DNA of 62,111 bases, the filler included, from Candidatus Fermentibacterota bacterium (GTDB lineage Bacteria > JAFGKV01), in assembly GCA_016928395.1 (NCBI GenBank). It is 6 parts of 6 records of this genome, joined end to end, with 100 filler letters (N's around TTAATTAATTAA, not from the genome) between each part and the next. Parts side by side here need not be neighbours in the genome. Positions count along the whole stretch, not along the records: positions 7,132 to 35,957 come from JAFGKV010000264.1; positions 36,058 to 42,664 come from JAFGKV010000266.1; 4 more parts are not named here. One strand, written 5' to 3'. The notes under the pieces were generated by a model. That model was not told where the DNA came from and made no database searches. It was given only the letters and a program-made list of their open reading frames with translations. Positions 28,508 to 39,672 of the stretch are shown here, one piece after another. The position numbers and the translations under genes were made by a program. Positions within the stretch are counted from its first letter, which is position 1, and each line of letters starts with the position of its first letter.

Positions 28508-28583
28508 CCGCGCGCTATCCGCGCGCCCTATCCTCCGCGCGGCTCGTTGTGGATGGCCGCACCCCGTCTCCAAGGACCGCGCG

Positions 28584-28733
28584 CTATTCGGGCGCGATTC
28601 TCAGTTCGATCTCTTCGACCTTGTCGGGGATGTCACGCAGGGTCTTGACGGTGGCCGTCATCTGAGCTTCCAGCAGATTCGAGATGAAGGGGTTCAGTGG
28701 GACAGACTGTCCATTGATCTTCAGTTCTACCAC
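28584..28733 (-). CDS. 49-aa small protein resembling the C-terminal domain of MobB-like proteins
   Basis: AAGGAGG RBS, GTG start, MVELKINGQSVPLNPFISNLLEAQMTATVKTLRDIPDKVEEIELRIAPE; below ORF track cutoff. Confidence 0.75.
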   Translation of the reverse strand: MVELKINGQSVPLNPFISNLLEAQMTATVKTLRDIPDKVEEIELRIAPE

Positions 28734-28916
28734 AGCATTCCTCCTTGTTTCAGCCTGCGCGGAAGTGCCACCAGGAGCACTGCTCGCCGCCTTTCGGCGC
28801 CATCGTAGCGCAGGCCGTGGTTTCGTGTTCTATTCCGACGGTTCAATCAGGTGTCCCTTGCGGGACCGTCAAGGCTCGGTGCCTGGCCACGGACTGCCCA
28901 GGCCGGCGCACCGCCT

Positions 28917-29615
28917 TCAGCCTGATCGGCCGCCCCCGGCCGAACGCATCGCTTCACCGCCGCGGAGCCGCGTCAGCGTCGCGGTGAATGACTCGCTCTC
29001 CGGTGCTTCGATGGTCAGTTCGTTCCCGGAAGGCAATCTGAACCGAAGCTTCCTGGCATGGAGCATGAGTCGTGGGAAGCGGCGCTGCAACTCCAAAGGC
29101 CCATAGCGCAAGTCGCCGACCACCGGATGCCCGATGCTATACAGGTGAACTCTGACCTGGTGGCGCCGACCGGTCGTTGGCGTGACGGTAAGCACGGTCT
29201 GGGCAGGCAGACTCTCCGCAACGTCATAGGTGGTGCAGGAAGCCTTTCCGCCCCTGTGGTCAATTCCCATGCGACCCGAACCAAACTCCTTGATGGGGCG
29301 ACGGACCATCCCATGAGTCGCCGTCAGAATGCCGTGCACCAGGGCAACATACTGCTTCTCCACGAGCCGACTACTGAACTGGTCATTGAGGAATCGATGC
29401 GCCTCAGCCGTCTTGGCGAAAAGGATGACGCCGCTGGCCGCCTTGTCCAATCGATGCACCGCGTAGAGGCGTTGACCCTGTCTTTCAGTAAGGAGACTGA
29501 GGAGCGAGGGGATCTCGATATTCCTCTCAGGGACGGATGCGAGGCCTTCCGGCTTGTCCACCGCGATGATCTCATCACTCTCAAACAGGATCACTGCCAC
29601 TGCATCCCCGTTCAT
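28917..29615 (-). CDS. RluA family pseudouridine synthase
   Basis: VDKPEG, VHRLDK, TGRRHQVRVH, GDLRYG, LHA. Confidence 0.92.
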   Translation of the reverse strand: MNGDAVAVILFESDEIIAVDKPEGLASVPERNIEIPSLLSLLTERQGQRLYAVHRLDKAASGVILFAKTAEAHRFLNDQFSSRLVEKQYVALVHGILTATHGMVRRPIKEFGSGRMGIDHRGGKASCTTYDVAESLPAQTVLTVTPTTGRRHQVRVHLYSIGHPVVGDLRYGPLELQRRFPRLMLHARKLRFRLPSGNELTIEAPESESFTATLTRLRGGEAMRSAGGGRSG

Positions 29616-30036
29616 GAATCCACGGCCTTTGCGCGGGCCCGATGGCGCGAAATTGTGGTGGGAGCCACTCGCACATGGCGTGGCCGTAAGTTCTTCGGCA
29701 GCATCCATCGGCACAAGGGCGGGGGAAGAGCATCCGACCTCATACGGTGAATACGGGAGATTCGGATTCGAGCCGACTCAGCCCTGCGTATGGAATTGCT
29801 CTCTCGTCGGGCCTACCCGTCGCAGCCGCGCCCATGTGGACAGCTGTGGCGACCGGCCTCCAGCTAGCCGGGCCCGCACGTGGGAGGGTGTGGCAACGGT
29901 AGAGATGCCTCTGTTGATATTGGAGCGCCAAGACCATAGTGTATGCCCTCGAGGGCATGCCTCACAGCCGTCTATCAAGAGACTGCCAAGGCCACCGGTA
30001 GCCCCTCAGAACGGAGCGTCGGAGAAGTCATTGGAT

Positions 30037-30447
30037 ATGAGTGTACTGATACGCTGGATCGTTGTCGGGGTGTACGCGGCTCTCGTGACGAGACTCTCAC
30101 TGGCGCCCTCTTCATCCCTGAAGCTGTTCTCCAAGTACATCAGGTTCGCGCACTCGGATAAGGTTGTTCATTTCGCCATGTACGGCGTGCTGGCGGCTCT
30201 TCTAGTATGGGCCTTCCGGGTTCGAGCCACCCGCGTGAAAACGGCCCTGTGGGTAGCTGGCATCTGCGTGGGCTACGGGTTGCTCATGGAGATTCTCCAG
30301 ATTCTCCTTCTGCCCGGCGATCGCCATTTCTGCCTCGTGGATGTGACCGCCAATACGGCGGGAGCGGTCGCCTCGGTTCTTCTGCTTTCCCTGTGGGCTC
30401 AGAGCCACGCGGCGGAAAGACTGAACGGGGAAGCCGACCGGGAATAG
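30037..30447 (+). CDS. VanZ family membrane protein
   Basis: DKVVHFAMY, EILQ, DVTANTAG. Confidence 0.85.
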   Translation: MSVLIRWIVVGVYAALVTRLSLAPSSSLKLFSKYIRFAHSDKVVHFAMYGVLAALLVWAFRVRATRVKTALWVAGICVGYGLLMEILQILLLPGDRHFCLVDVTANTAGAVASVLLLSLWAQSHAAERLNGEADRE

Positions 30448-30590
30448 GCATCCGGAGAAGACACCGTGGGCCGAATGCGAACGCACCCCGGGTTCTCAGA
30501 GGCCGAACTGAGCCCTGAAAGCTTCCCGCGCGGCGGGAAGAATGCGTGGCGCCGGGTACGGTGACCCGGCGCCACGGCGTCTTTGCTCTT

Positions 30591-33200
30591 CTACTTCAGC
30601 ACGACCAGCGGACGGCGGACCTCGCTCTGGGCCGTGGAGAGCCGCAAGAAGTACACCCCCTGCGACAGGCCCGAGACATCTACTGCCACTCTGTGGGTGC
30701 CGGCAGGCATGGAAGCATGCATCGGGGTGTTTACGCGCCTACCCGCGACATCGAAGATGTCGAGACGCGCCATGCTCTCTCGCGGTAAGTCCATGGTCAC
30801 CCAGGCTCGGTGTGCCGCAGGATTGGGCTGAGGCGGGCGTAAGGCCAGGGCTGCGGGAACCGGCGAGCTCGGATGCGTTGAGACTGCCCCGAGATCGAGG
30901 TAGTCGCCCGTCCGGGTTGCCACGCCCCGGAACTGCGACCAGAGCCCGGCAACGCTGCCGCCCTGGGCCTTGAAATCGAGCCCGGCGATCTGGGTGCCGG
31001 CGCCGACCACGAGGTCGATGTCGCCATCGTCATCCAGATCTGCAAGGCCAGGGGTTGAGCGAATCCTGAAGCCAAGGTTCAGGGCTTCCATGGCGGGGGA
31101 GCCGTCCGGCGTGAAGACCCGAAGATTCCCGTCATCGGCGCCCACAAGAATCTCCGGCACGCCGTCACCGTCCACATCCGCCACCACGGGCGACGATTCG
31201 CTTCTGGCGCCGATGCTCACGGGCCATCCCGGCATTTCCTGCAGGGCGAAGTCGAGCACATGCACCCACCCATTGGCAGCGGTGGCGATGATCTCCAGCG
31301 TGCCGTCGCCATCCAGATCACTCACAGCCGGAGTGGTCATGAGATCGCCCTCGAACATGATGGCGACGATCTCCTCGCCCGAGGGCTTCACGACGTGGAG
31401 TGCATCGTCCAGGCAGGGCATTAGCACGACGAGCCCGTGGGTCGCCACCGTGGCGGTGATGACCCCGGCCTTGACTTCCTTCGTGAAGGTCAGGGGCCAT
31501 CCCGGCAAGGCAGATCCGTCGCCGCGATACGCGAAGACACCCTTGCCCCAGGTGCCTACCACCAGATCGCGGACTCCGTCGCCGTCCAGATCAGCCAGGC
31601 AAACGCCGGCGGTCATGCGATGGGTTGAGCCCAAGGCCACGGGCCAGCCTGCTGAAGCATTGCCATCGGCGTTTAGCACCCACAGATCACCCGACATGGT
31701 GCCGGCGGCGATCTCCAGAGCACCATCACCGTTCACATCTCCCACCGCCACCGGCCCTGTGACGTATCCGCCCAGGTCGGCGGTCCAGCGGGTTGTGCCG
31801 TCTATGTTGAAGCAGTAGAGATGATTATCCCACGACCCGACGAGGATCTCCGGCAGGCCGTCGCCGTCGAGATCAACCACCGCAGGTGAGGAGGAGGCAC
31901 GCGATCCCGCCTGCGCGGGGAATCCGGTCAGGTACTGCCCCCGACCGTCGGTGACATGGACGAACCCAGCCTCATCCGCCACGGCAACAGCCATCCCGGG
32001 AGCGAAGGACGGGGGAGGCGCGAACACGGCCGGGCTTGAGAGCACTTCGGCGCCGCAGACCAACGGGAAGCCAGGCTGGTTAATTGAAACAAGCAGCGTG
32101 ACCGGGATAGTCTGCTCGTAGGCATCTCCCGACCCGAATGTCCCTCCAAACACCAGTTCCATGGGGAATGGCCCAAGCTCCGCCTCCGGGCTGACCGAGA
32201 CGCCAAGCTGCCCGGCGGCGACCCATGCCGTGTCGCCCGGCATCATGTCGGGAAGCGCTGCAAAGCCGTCAGTGACAGTGATCAAATCAGACAAGCTGAC
32301 CAGAGTCAAGGTTACATTGGACACTGCTCCCCAGTCAGGATCGGCCCGCACAGCGAGGGTCGCCGTGCCGTCTTCTCCGGGGTTGATGACACCGTCGCCG
32401 TCACCGCGGCCGCTTTCCGTGCCCTCGAAGCTTACCAGCCTGAACCACGGCAGCTCGGCAGGCATACGAGCCGTGGCGGCCTGGAAGACCCTTCCTAGTT
32501 CGTCCTCCTGGATGAAGACCACCACTTCCAGATTGTGCACTTCCCACGCCGGATCGAGCCCCGCGGCGACCTGTGCCGTGAACACCTGGTTCGTTGAGAG
32601 GTCGAGGGTCACACCATCAGGAGTCGGCACCATGTCACGCATGACCTGATCGAAGGGGAAGGAACTCGCCGACGGCCGGTAGAGATCCGACTCTATCAGT
32701 GCGCAGCGAAGATGCAGGGCGTCGGGAATGGTGGCCTCCGACTGGCCGGAACACGTAACGGTGAGCTGCCGGGCGGCAAAGTCAAGATCAACGTCGAGAT
32801 CCATGGTAATGAGGCTCGGCACCGCCAGCGCCTGCCACACCGCGTTCTCGTATTGAGGCACATCGGCATCCGCGTCGAACAGCATGTCAACGAAGAAATG
32901 GGGAGCATACAAGCCTTCACCAGGATTCTGTTGGTGGTCGTAGAGGTAGTAGATCCGGTCGCGGGATTCGGTGGGATTGGCGAGGTAGAAGGGATCGCTC
33001 CCGTCAGGCCACCAGCAATGGTAGCGGATGATGGCTAAGGAGTCGCCGAAGAGGTCATGAAGACGGTCCAACTCACGGTCGGACGCTGGGCAGGATGATC
33101 ACCCCGAGTTGGTGATCATCTCTCCCAGGACGACCCGCGACGCCGCGGAGCTGACCCCGGCGAGGGAGATCAAGAGAAGAAGAGCGAGATGGCGACCCAT
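30591..33200 (-). CDS. secreted selenoprotein candidate: Omp28/thioredoxin-like UxxC domain, FG-GAP/VCBS repeats, T9SS/FlgD-like C-terminal domain (869 aa, Sec at codon 34)
   Basis: RBS AAAGGAGG, ATG 33200, signal peptide, RVVLGEMITNSG-TGA(33101-33099)-SSC continues in frame into ORF 30591-33071. Confidence 0.82.
33066..33098 (-). promoter_or_regulatory. putative bacterial SECIS hairpin
   Basis: GUCCGAC-CGUGA-GUUGGAC 7-bp stem; G-containing loop starts 21 nt after the UGA. Confidence 0.6.
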
Positions 33201-33349
33201 CGAGGGCCTCCTTTCGATGTGCTGTGTGCCCCCACCTGCGGGCGGAAGGCGTGGCGAGGTCTTGGAACCGCCAAGGAAGCCTACAGCTTGAGGGTACCGC
33301 GAGTCAAGTGCCATCGTGACATGGCGGCCGATGCGCAATCCTGTGACCG

Positions 33350-35020
33350 CTACTGAAGCACCACAAGAGGAACGAGAGCATGGCGAGTGCCCCGGCGGAG
33401 TGCCAAGGCGTAGACACCGGCAGGTATGTCGTCGAGGTCGATGAACAGCGCGGGGGCTGCCCGCCCCGCATCCGGGCGTGTCTGCACGCCCATTCGCCTT
33501 CCTGCCATGTCGAGGAGAACCAGCCCCTCACCTTCGGACCACGGCCCCCCTCCGGCCAGGCGGGTGAAGCCCCTGGCGGGATTGGGCCAGAACGCCACCC
33601 GGGGCAGTGTGGCCTCGGTCTCGATGGGGAACGAGAAACAGGGAGGATGGTACTCGTAGCAGCCGCGGTCATAGGCCGCATTGTAGGGCCTCGGGAACAG
33701 ATCGAGGTCATCGGGGAGGCCGTTATCGAGCCCCGAGTCCACTGCGGGGGAGCTCTCATCCACGTGGAAGTCACCGGAGGCGCCCCACGCGGGGGCCGCA
33801 AACTGGGGGTCGCCGCAGAAGTTACCCGTGCCGAGGTCGCCGACCGTCGCGCAGGTGTAGGTCGTGCCGTTGGCCGTGATCTGTTCTGCGGCGTCGATGT
33901 CGAAGAGGTTGTTCTCGGCGATGACGGTGACGATGGGGCTCACATAGAACTGCCGCAGGCCTGCGACGATGACATTGCGCAAAATGAGAGTCGTGGGAAC
34001 GGTGGATTCGTCGTACTGAACCGTGGCCGTATAGTGAGGATGGCGATACGGCGAATCCCACATGGTCACATTGGTGATCTCGAAGGTTCCCCCGGCGTCG
34101 TCGGTACCGATGACCAGGAGACACCATGGGCTTGGCGTGGTGTCCCCCCCTCCCGTGGCATAGATCAAGGTGTTCTCGACTCGGCTGCTGTCTCCCCAGA
34201 GTTTGACCCCATCGGCAAAGTTGTTGGCCACGATGCAATGATGAATGTACGTACGCCGCGCCTTGGAATCCAGCCCATCTCCCAGATTGTGCTCCGCGAC
34301 CGTGTAGCGAACCTCGACGGGGCCCTCGGACGCCTCGAACCCCAGGCCGTCGGGGCGATCCCAGGGTGACTGTTGGTCGTGGCCATTGTAGAAGTGGCCC
34401 GAGTAGCTCAAGGAGCAACTGTCAATCAGCACATTGACCCACCCGTCGCCGCTGCCGCCGGGGCCGCCTAATGCGGTGTACCCGTTACGATGGATTGAGC
34501 AGCGGCGGATAGTAATGTCCCCGGCGTCGCCCCCCAGGTTGAAGGCCAACTCCTCGGTGTGGTGAATCTCGATGTCCTCGAACAGCAGGTCGTGAACAGT
34601 GCTGCCTGCATTGATGCCCGCCCGGGCGCCGCCGGTATACGGCGTGTCGATGAGGCTGGTGCATTCGAGGTTCTTCATCACGATATGGGCGCCATCTTCG
34701 ATGTCGGCGCAGGAGAACAAGGATCCCGCGCCAAGGAACCGTGGCCGGCTGGGGCCTTGGCCCAGGACGGCCGTGGGTGCCCCGGCGCTTCCTGAAGGAG
34801 GCGTGAGCATGTCATCATAGAATACCGCCATCACGTAGTCGCCCGAAAGAACCACGAGGGTGTCACCGCCGGCCATGTGTTTTGAGCCATACCCGGGCGA
34901 GGCCCACGGCTGGGCAGCGGTGCCCGGCCATGAATCGTTTCCTGCGGGAGACACGTAGTACGTGGATGCCTGTATCGCAGAGAAAGATGACAGCCACATG
35001 ACAAACACTATGGTTCTCAT
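33350..35020 (-). CDS. secreted right-handed parallel beta-helix protein with T9SS/FlgD-like C-terminus
   Basis: TYYVSPAGNDSWPGTAAQPW, DGLDSK, SPAVDSG...DRGCYEY, WPNP...GVY; start ATG 35020. Confidence 0.8.
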   Translation of the reverse strand: MRTIVFVMWLSSFSAIQASTYYVSPAGNDSWPGTAAQPWASPGYGSKHMAGGDTLVVLSGDYVMAVFYDDMLTPPSGSAGAPTAVLGQGPSRPRFLGAGSLFSCADIEDGAHIVMKNLECTSLIDTPYTGGARAGINAGSTVHDLLFEDIEIHHTEELAFNLGGDAGDITIRRCSIHRNGYTALGGPGGSGDGWVNVLIDSCSLSYSGHFYNGHDQQSPWDRPDGLGFEASEGPVEVRYTVAEHNLGDGLDSKARRTYIHHCIVANNFADGVKLWGDSSRVENTLIYATGGGDTTPSPWCLLVIGTDDAGGTFEITNVTMWDSPYRHPHYTATVQYDESTVPTTLILRNVIVAGLRQFYVSPIVTVIAENNLFDIDAAEQITANGTTYTCATVGDLGTGNFCGDPQFAAPAWGASGDFHVDESSPAVDSGLDNGLPDDLDLFPRPYNAAYDRGCYEYHPPCFSFPIETEATLPRVAFWPNPARGFTRLAGGGPWSEGEGLVLLDMAGRRMGVQTRPDAGRAAPALFIDLDDIPAGVYALALRRGTRHALVPLVVLQ

Positions 35021-35117
35021 ATGCAGTCGCTCCTGATCCCGTCCGCGTTTCAGGGTCGTGGTGCACGAGCCTCGCGGACTCAATCCTATCACCGCGGAAC
35101 GAGGGCTTCCCGGGTCC

Positions 35118-35957
35118 TCAGCCCCGGGGACGTACCAGCACCTTTCTCTTCCACCGGCCGGTGAGATAATAGGCAAAGCTAAGGGTGAAACCAACGACCC
35201 AGCCGGCGGGAATGCCCCACCAGATCCCTGGTGGCCCAAACCTCGATGACAGCAGCGCCGCCGCAGGGATTCGGACAACCCAAAGAGCCATGAGGGTGAA
35301 GAACATCTGGGCCAGCGTATCACCCGCGCCCCGCAACACACCACCGGTGACGAACATGCCGGCAAAAAGCACGTAGAATAGTGACACAATGACCAGGTAC
35401 TGGCTGCCATGGGCGATGACGGCTGCATCCGCGGTAAACAGCCTGACCAAATCTGGCCCCCATACGACCATCACCACCGTGGTCGCGCCCGAAAGCGCCC
35501 CTGCCATGACCAGAGTAGACAAAAAGCCACGACGAACCCGGTGGGCCTTGCATGCTCCCAGATTCTGGCCGACGAACATCGAGAGAGCCATGGCCAGATT
35601 CATGGCGGGCATGGAGGCAAAGGAGTCAAGCCTGGAGGCGGCGGTAAAGCCGGCCATGACGTCGGCGCCGAACGGCGCCACGATCCGGGTCAGGGCGATG
35701 AAGCCCAAGGAAACAAAGGAATGCTGGATTCCCGAAGGCAGCCCAATTCTCATCATGGTGGAAAACACCTTCCGATCCACCAGCAGCGCCCGGGGATTCA
35801 CATTGAGAAACGCCTTCTCGGCCCGAACCATGTACCGAGCCCCGATCCCGAAGGAGAGGGCCTGCGACAGCACCGTGGCCCAGGCGGCGCCCTTGATGCC
35901 CCAGCCGAACCGTACCACAAAGAGCACGTCCAACGCGATGTTGGTGATCGTGGCGAC
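35118..35957 (-). CDS. MATE family efflux transporter, partial
   Basis: GIKGAAWATVLSQ, RIGLPSG, VGQNLGA, VLRGAGDT; cut by contig end. Confidence 0.9.
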   Translation of the reverse strand, partial: VATITNIALDVLFVVRFGWGIKGAAWATVLSQALSFGIGARYMVRAEKAFLNVNPRALLVDRKVFSTMMRIGLPSGIQHSFVSLGFIALTRIVAPFGADVMAGFTAASRLDSFASMPAMNLAMALSMFVGQNLGACKAHRVRRGFLSTLVMAGALSGATTVVMVVWGPDLVRLFTADAAVIAHGSQYLVIVSLFYVLFAGMFVTGGVLRGAGDTLAQMFFTLMALWVVRIPAAALLSSRFGPPGIWWGIPAGWVVGFTLSFAYYLTGRWKRKVLVRPRG

Positions 35958-36549
35958 NNNNNNNNNNNNNNNNNNNNNNNNNNNNNNNNNNNNNNNNNNN
36001 NTTAATTAATTAANNNNNNNNNNNNNNNNNNNNNNNNNNNNNNNNNNNNNNNNNNNNAGACACCGCTCCCGGTTCTGCTCGATGAGACCGATGGCGTCAG
36101 ATCGAATCCCGGGGTCGATGTCGTGGGTGTTCTGAGTCATGGGGCTTCCCTCAGCCTCTGTCAGATGGGGGACGAATCAGTGAGCTGTGGAGACTTCTCC
36201 AGGTTAGCTCCGAACGGGGGCGTGAGTCAAGCGCACCGTCCCTTCCCGTGCGCAGGACTGCGAACCGGGCTGGGGATCGTGGGGAGGGTTCTCCCGACAT
36301 GGGAGCCGGTCAGGAGGTGAGGCTGATGCACGGCAGGGTTCGGTCGGGCCTGAAGGCCGTCCGGCGAGGCGATCCAGTGGGATGCTTGACCCGATTAGGC
36401 TATCATGCGATACTGGTATCATGGTGTCTCTATCCTGAGATGGCTCCACAACGCGGAACCGGGCGAACCGGCAAGGCTTCGGCTGCCATTCCGGATCGAG
36501 ATTAACGAAGACATGGGGACGTGAGGGGTTGATCCTGAGGGAGGCACCC

Positions 36550-39522
36550 ATGCGACAATCGAGCCTACGCGCCCTGATCCTTGCGCTCTCGCTATTACCC
36601 TCCTTGGGCCGTGCCCAGAGCCATGCGTCATCTTCTTCTGATCCTCCGGCTTCCACGGCTGCCCTCCCGGACACCCTTCTCCCATGGCAACGGGCCCTCA
36701 GCGAATCTGACCAGGCATATGTTGACTCGCTCCAGGTCTTGATCGTCGAGTTGCGGGGCGAGGCGCGTTACGCCGATGCCATCGGGCCGGCGGAGGAGGC
36801 GCTGCGGATTCGTCAGGCCGCCCAGGGAGATGACCACTGGGAGACGGCTGATGCGGCCAGGCTGCTGGCAACCCTGCGGCACGTGGCGGCACTAGAACCG
36901 GACGCCCGGGCTCGCCTGGCCGAGGCCGACCGGGCTGACGATGAAGTCCGGCGGCTGTTCGCTGAGGGTGACTGCGAGGCAACCGCCGCGGTGATCCGCC
37001 GCCAGTTGGCCATCCGGAGGGAGATCCTCGGCGATGACCACCTCGAGGTCGCCATCACGATGGATGACCTCGCCGTCGTTCAGTGGACGATGGGAGACTT
37101 CGCAGGGGCGGAGCCGCTGTTCCGCCAGTCGCTCCTACTGAACCGGCGGCTCCTGGGAGCCAGCCATCCCAACCTTGCCCGGGCCATGAACAATCTGGCA
37201 ACGGTGCTCTCCTGGCAAGGCAACCACGAGGCCGCGATTGGCCAGTGTCGGGAAGCGCTTGCCATGAACCGGCGGCTTCTCGGCGAGAACCATCCCCATG
37301 TGATCACTGACCTGGACAACCTGGGGGTCTATCTGGGCGTGACAGGGGACTACACCGGGGCGGAGGCGTCCTCGCGCGAGGCAGTCACCCGTTCGCGCGC
37401 CGTGTTCGGGGAGCAGAACCCTGATCTGATGGAGTATCTGCAGAATCTCGCCCTTCATCTCGAACACCTCCACGATCATGCCGGCGCCGAGGCCCTGTCT
37501 CGCGAAGCCCTGGCCATGAGCCTGGCTCTGTGCGGAGCGAGCCATCCGGCCGTCGGTGAAGCCCGGTTCGGCTTGGCCCTGCAGCGTGCGATCAACGGTG
37601 ACTATGAAGAGGCGGAGCGGCAGTACCGAGAGGCGTTGGCCATCGTGCAGGTCTCCACACCGAGAAGCCCGTTTGCCGTCCTCAATCGTGTGGGTCTTGC
37701 CGAGGTGCTTCACCTGCGCGGCGACTATGCCGCGGCGGAGACCGCGTGGATTGCCGCGGCAGAAAGCTTCGAGGTCGTACGGAGGCAGATGAGTCGTGGT
37801 GGATTCGGGCGGGTCAAGTTCATGGAGAACTGGTCTCCGTTCGAGCGGCTCGCCGCGTGTCAAGCCCGAAACGGGAAGCCCCGATCCGCATGGGAGCACC
37901 ATGAAGCCCATCTGGGGCGGGGCCTGCTCGATGCGCTGAACGAACAGACCTCGGGGCGGCTGATTCCAGAGGAACGCGACATGCGGCAGGCACATCTCGA
38001 CACGCTTGCCGCGCTGGATGACCAGATCGGCGCGCTCGCCCAGAGTAGCGACACCTCGTCTGCATCCTCGGCACGGCTCGACAGCCTTCGCGGGGAGCGT
38101 GAACGACAGCAGACGGCAGTGTCGCTCTTGGAGACCGATCTGGCTGCTACGTACAGCAATTTCCCAGGCGAGGCGGTCGGGTTGGAAGATCTTCAGGCGA
38201 GCCTTGGAGAGCATCAGGCGCTCCTGGCATGGGTGGACGTCGCCGGCGATCCCCACGCGGCTGATCCCAACGGAGAGCACTGGGCGTGTGTGGTGCGGCA
38301 CAGGGGCGAGCCCCAGTGGGTGCACCTGAGCGGCAGCGGAGAGTCAGGGGCATGGACCGCGAGTGATGACGAGCTGCCCGGGGTGGTCGAGGCGGAGCTG
38401 GGGGAATCGCAACGACGCGGCCTTGGCGCGGGGATCGAGGCGCGGCGTCTGCTGTACGGGCAACGCATCGCGCCTGTCGAGGGGCACCTGCAGGGCGTGC
38501 GGCATCTCCTGGTGATACCATCGGGGTCGATGACCCGTATTCCGGTGGACGCACTGACCGATGCGTACACTGTGAGTTTTACCCCCTCGGCGACATTCTG
38601 GGTTTCGCTTCGCCACCAGCGAAGGAATGAAGGAGGCGGTGCAACGCTTCTGGCAGTTGGCGATCCCGTACTCGATGACCCCACGGGCGAGGATCCAAGC
38701 CGAATCGAAGACGAGACGATTGCATGCCTGCGGTCGGCGGCCTACCTGCCGCTGCCCGGGACGCGGGTGGAAGTGGAAACCATTGCCGGGCTCTTCGAAG
38801 ACGCGAATGCCGGCTCGGCGCCTACGGTCCTCCTGGGATCCGCCGCCAGGGAGCAGCCCTTGTGCGCCGCCGCCGCATCAGGCGAGCTGGAGGCGTTTTG
38901 CTATATCCACTTCGCGACGCATGCCGTCATGAATGACCGAGTGCCCATGCAGTCAAGCCTCGTGCTCTCGCGGGAAGACTTGGGCGATGCGGTTGACCGG
39001 GCTGCCCGCGGCGAGGCGGTCTATGACGGGGTAATCACCGCTGAGCAGATCCTGCGCACGTGGCGGCTTGACGCCGATTTGGTGACGCTGAGCGCGTGTG
39101 AAACCGCGTTGGGCAGGGAGTACCGTGGGGAAGGATGCCTTGGCTTCTCGCAGGCGCTGTTCGTTGCGGGCGCCCGGAGTCTCCTGTTGAGCCTATGGAA
39201 GGTCGAGGACCGGGCCACCATGCTCCTCATGACACGCTTCTACGAGAACATGCTGGGGGTACATCGAGAGCCTCGCACCGTGGGAGGGCGCTCGTTCGAA
39301 GCCGGCGTGCCGCTTCCGAAGGCCGAGGCCCTGCGCGAGGCGAAGGGGTGGCTGCGCACGCTCACGACGGCGGAGCAACAGGCCATGGAGCCGCTGTCAG
39401 ATCGGGTGGCAGAGAGAGGGCTCGTGCCCGTGGAAGAACCGGCTCCCGCGTCGCCTGAGGATCAGCCCTACGCGCATCCTCACTTTTGGGCAGCCTTCAT
39501 CCTCACCGGCGATCCGAGGTAG
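36550..39522 (+). CDS. signal peptide + TPR repeats + CHAT (caspase-like) protease
   Basis: kinesin-light-chain-type TPRs, YIHFATHA, TLSACETALG, SLWKVED, HPHFWAAF. Confidence 0.92.
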   Translation: MRQSSLRALILALSLLPSLGRAQSHASSSSDPPASTAALPDTLLPWQRALSESDQAYVDSLQVLIVELRGEARYADAIGPAEEALRIRQAAQGDDHWETADAARLLATLRHVAALEPDARARLAEADRADDEVRRLFAEGDCEATAAVIRRQLAIRREILGDDHLEVAITMDDLAVVQWTMGDFAGAEPLFRQSLLLNRRLLGASHPNLARAMNNLATVLSWQGNHEAAIGQCREALAMNRRLLGENHPHVITDLDNLGVYLGVTGDYTGAEASSREAVTRSRAVFGEQNPDLMEYLQNLALHLEHLHDHAGAEALSREALAMSLALCGASHPAVGEARFGLALQRAINGDYEEAERQYREALAIVQVSTPRSPFAVLNRVGLAEVLHLRGDYAAAETAWIAAAESFEVVRRQMSRGGFGRVKFMENWSPFERLAACQARNGKPRSAWEHHEAHLGRGLLDALNEQTSGRLIPEERDMRQAHLDTLAALDDQIGALAQSSDTSSASSARLDSLRGERERQQTAVSLLETDLAATYSNFPGEAVGLEDLQASLGEHQALLAWVDVAGDPHAADPNGEHWACVVRHRGEPQWVHLSGSGESGAWTASDDELPGVVEAELGESQRRGLGAGIEARRLLYGQRIAPVEGHLQGVRHLLVIPSGSMTRIPVDALTDAYTVSFTPSATFWVSLRHQRRNEGGGATLLAVGDPVLDDPTGEDPSRIEDETIACLRSAAYLPLPGTRVEVETIAGLFEDANAGSAPTVLLGSAAREQPLCAAAASGELEAFCYIHFATHAVMNDRVPMQSSLVLSREDLGDAVDRAARGEAVYDGVITAEQILRTWRLDADLVTLSACETALGREYRGEGCLGFSQALFVAGARSLLLSLWKVEDRATMLLMTRFYENMLGVHREPRTVGGRSFEAGVPLPKAEALREAKGWLRTLTTAEQQAMEPLSDRVAERGLVPVEEPAPASPEDQPYAHPHFWAAFILTGDPR

Positions 39523-39672
39523 ACAGAAGCTATCAGCTGTCGGCTATCAGCTGTCAAATCTCGGCCTTGCCACCCGATACGGGATCAGTGACAGTCCCCT
39601 TCTCCCAGTAGTGGGAGAGGGTGGGGTGAGGGCCATTCAGATGTTGTGCCTGGTCCAGCACCACTGGATGCT

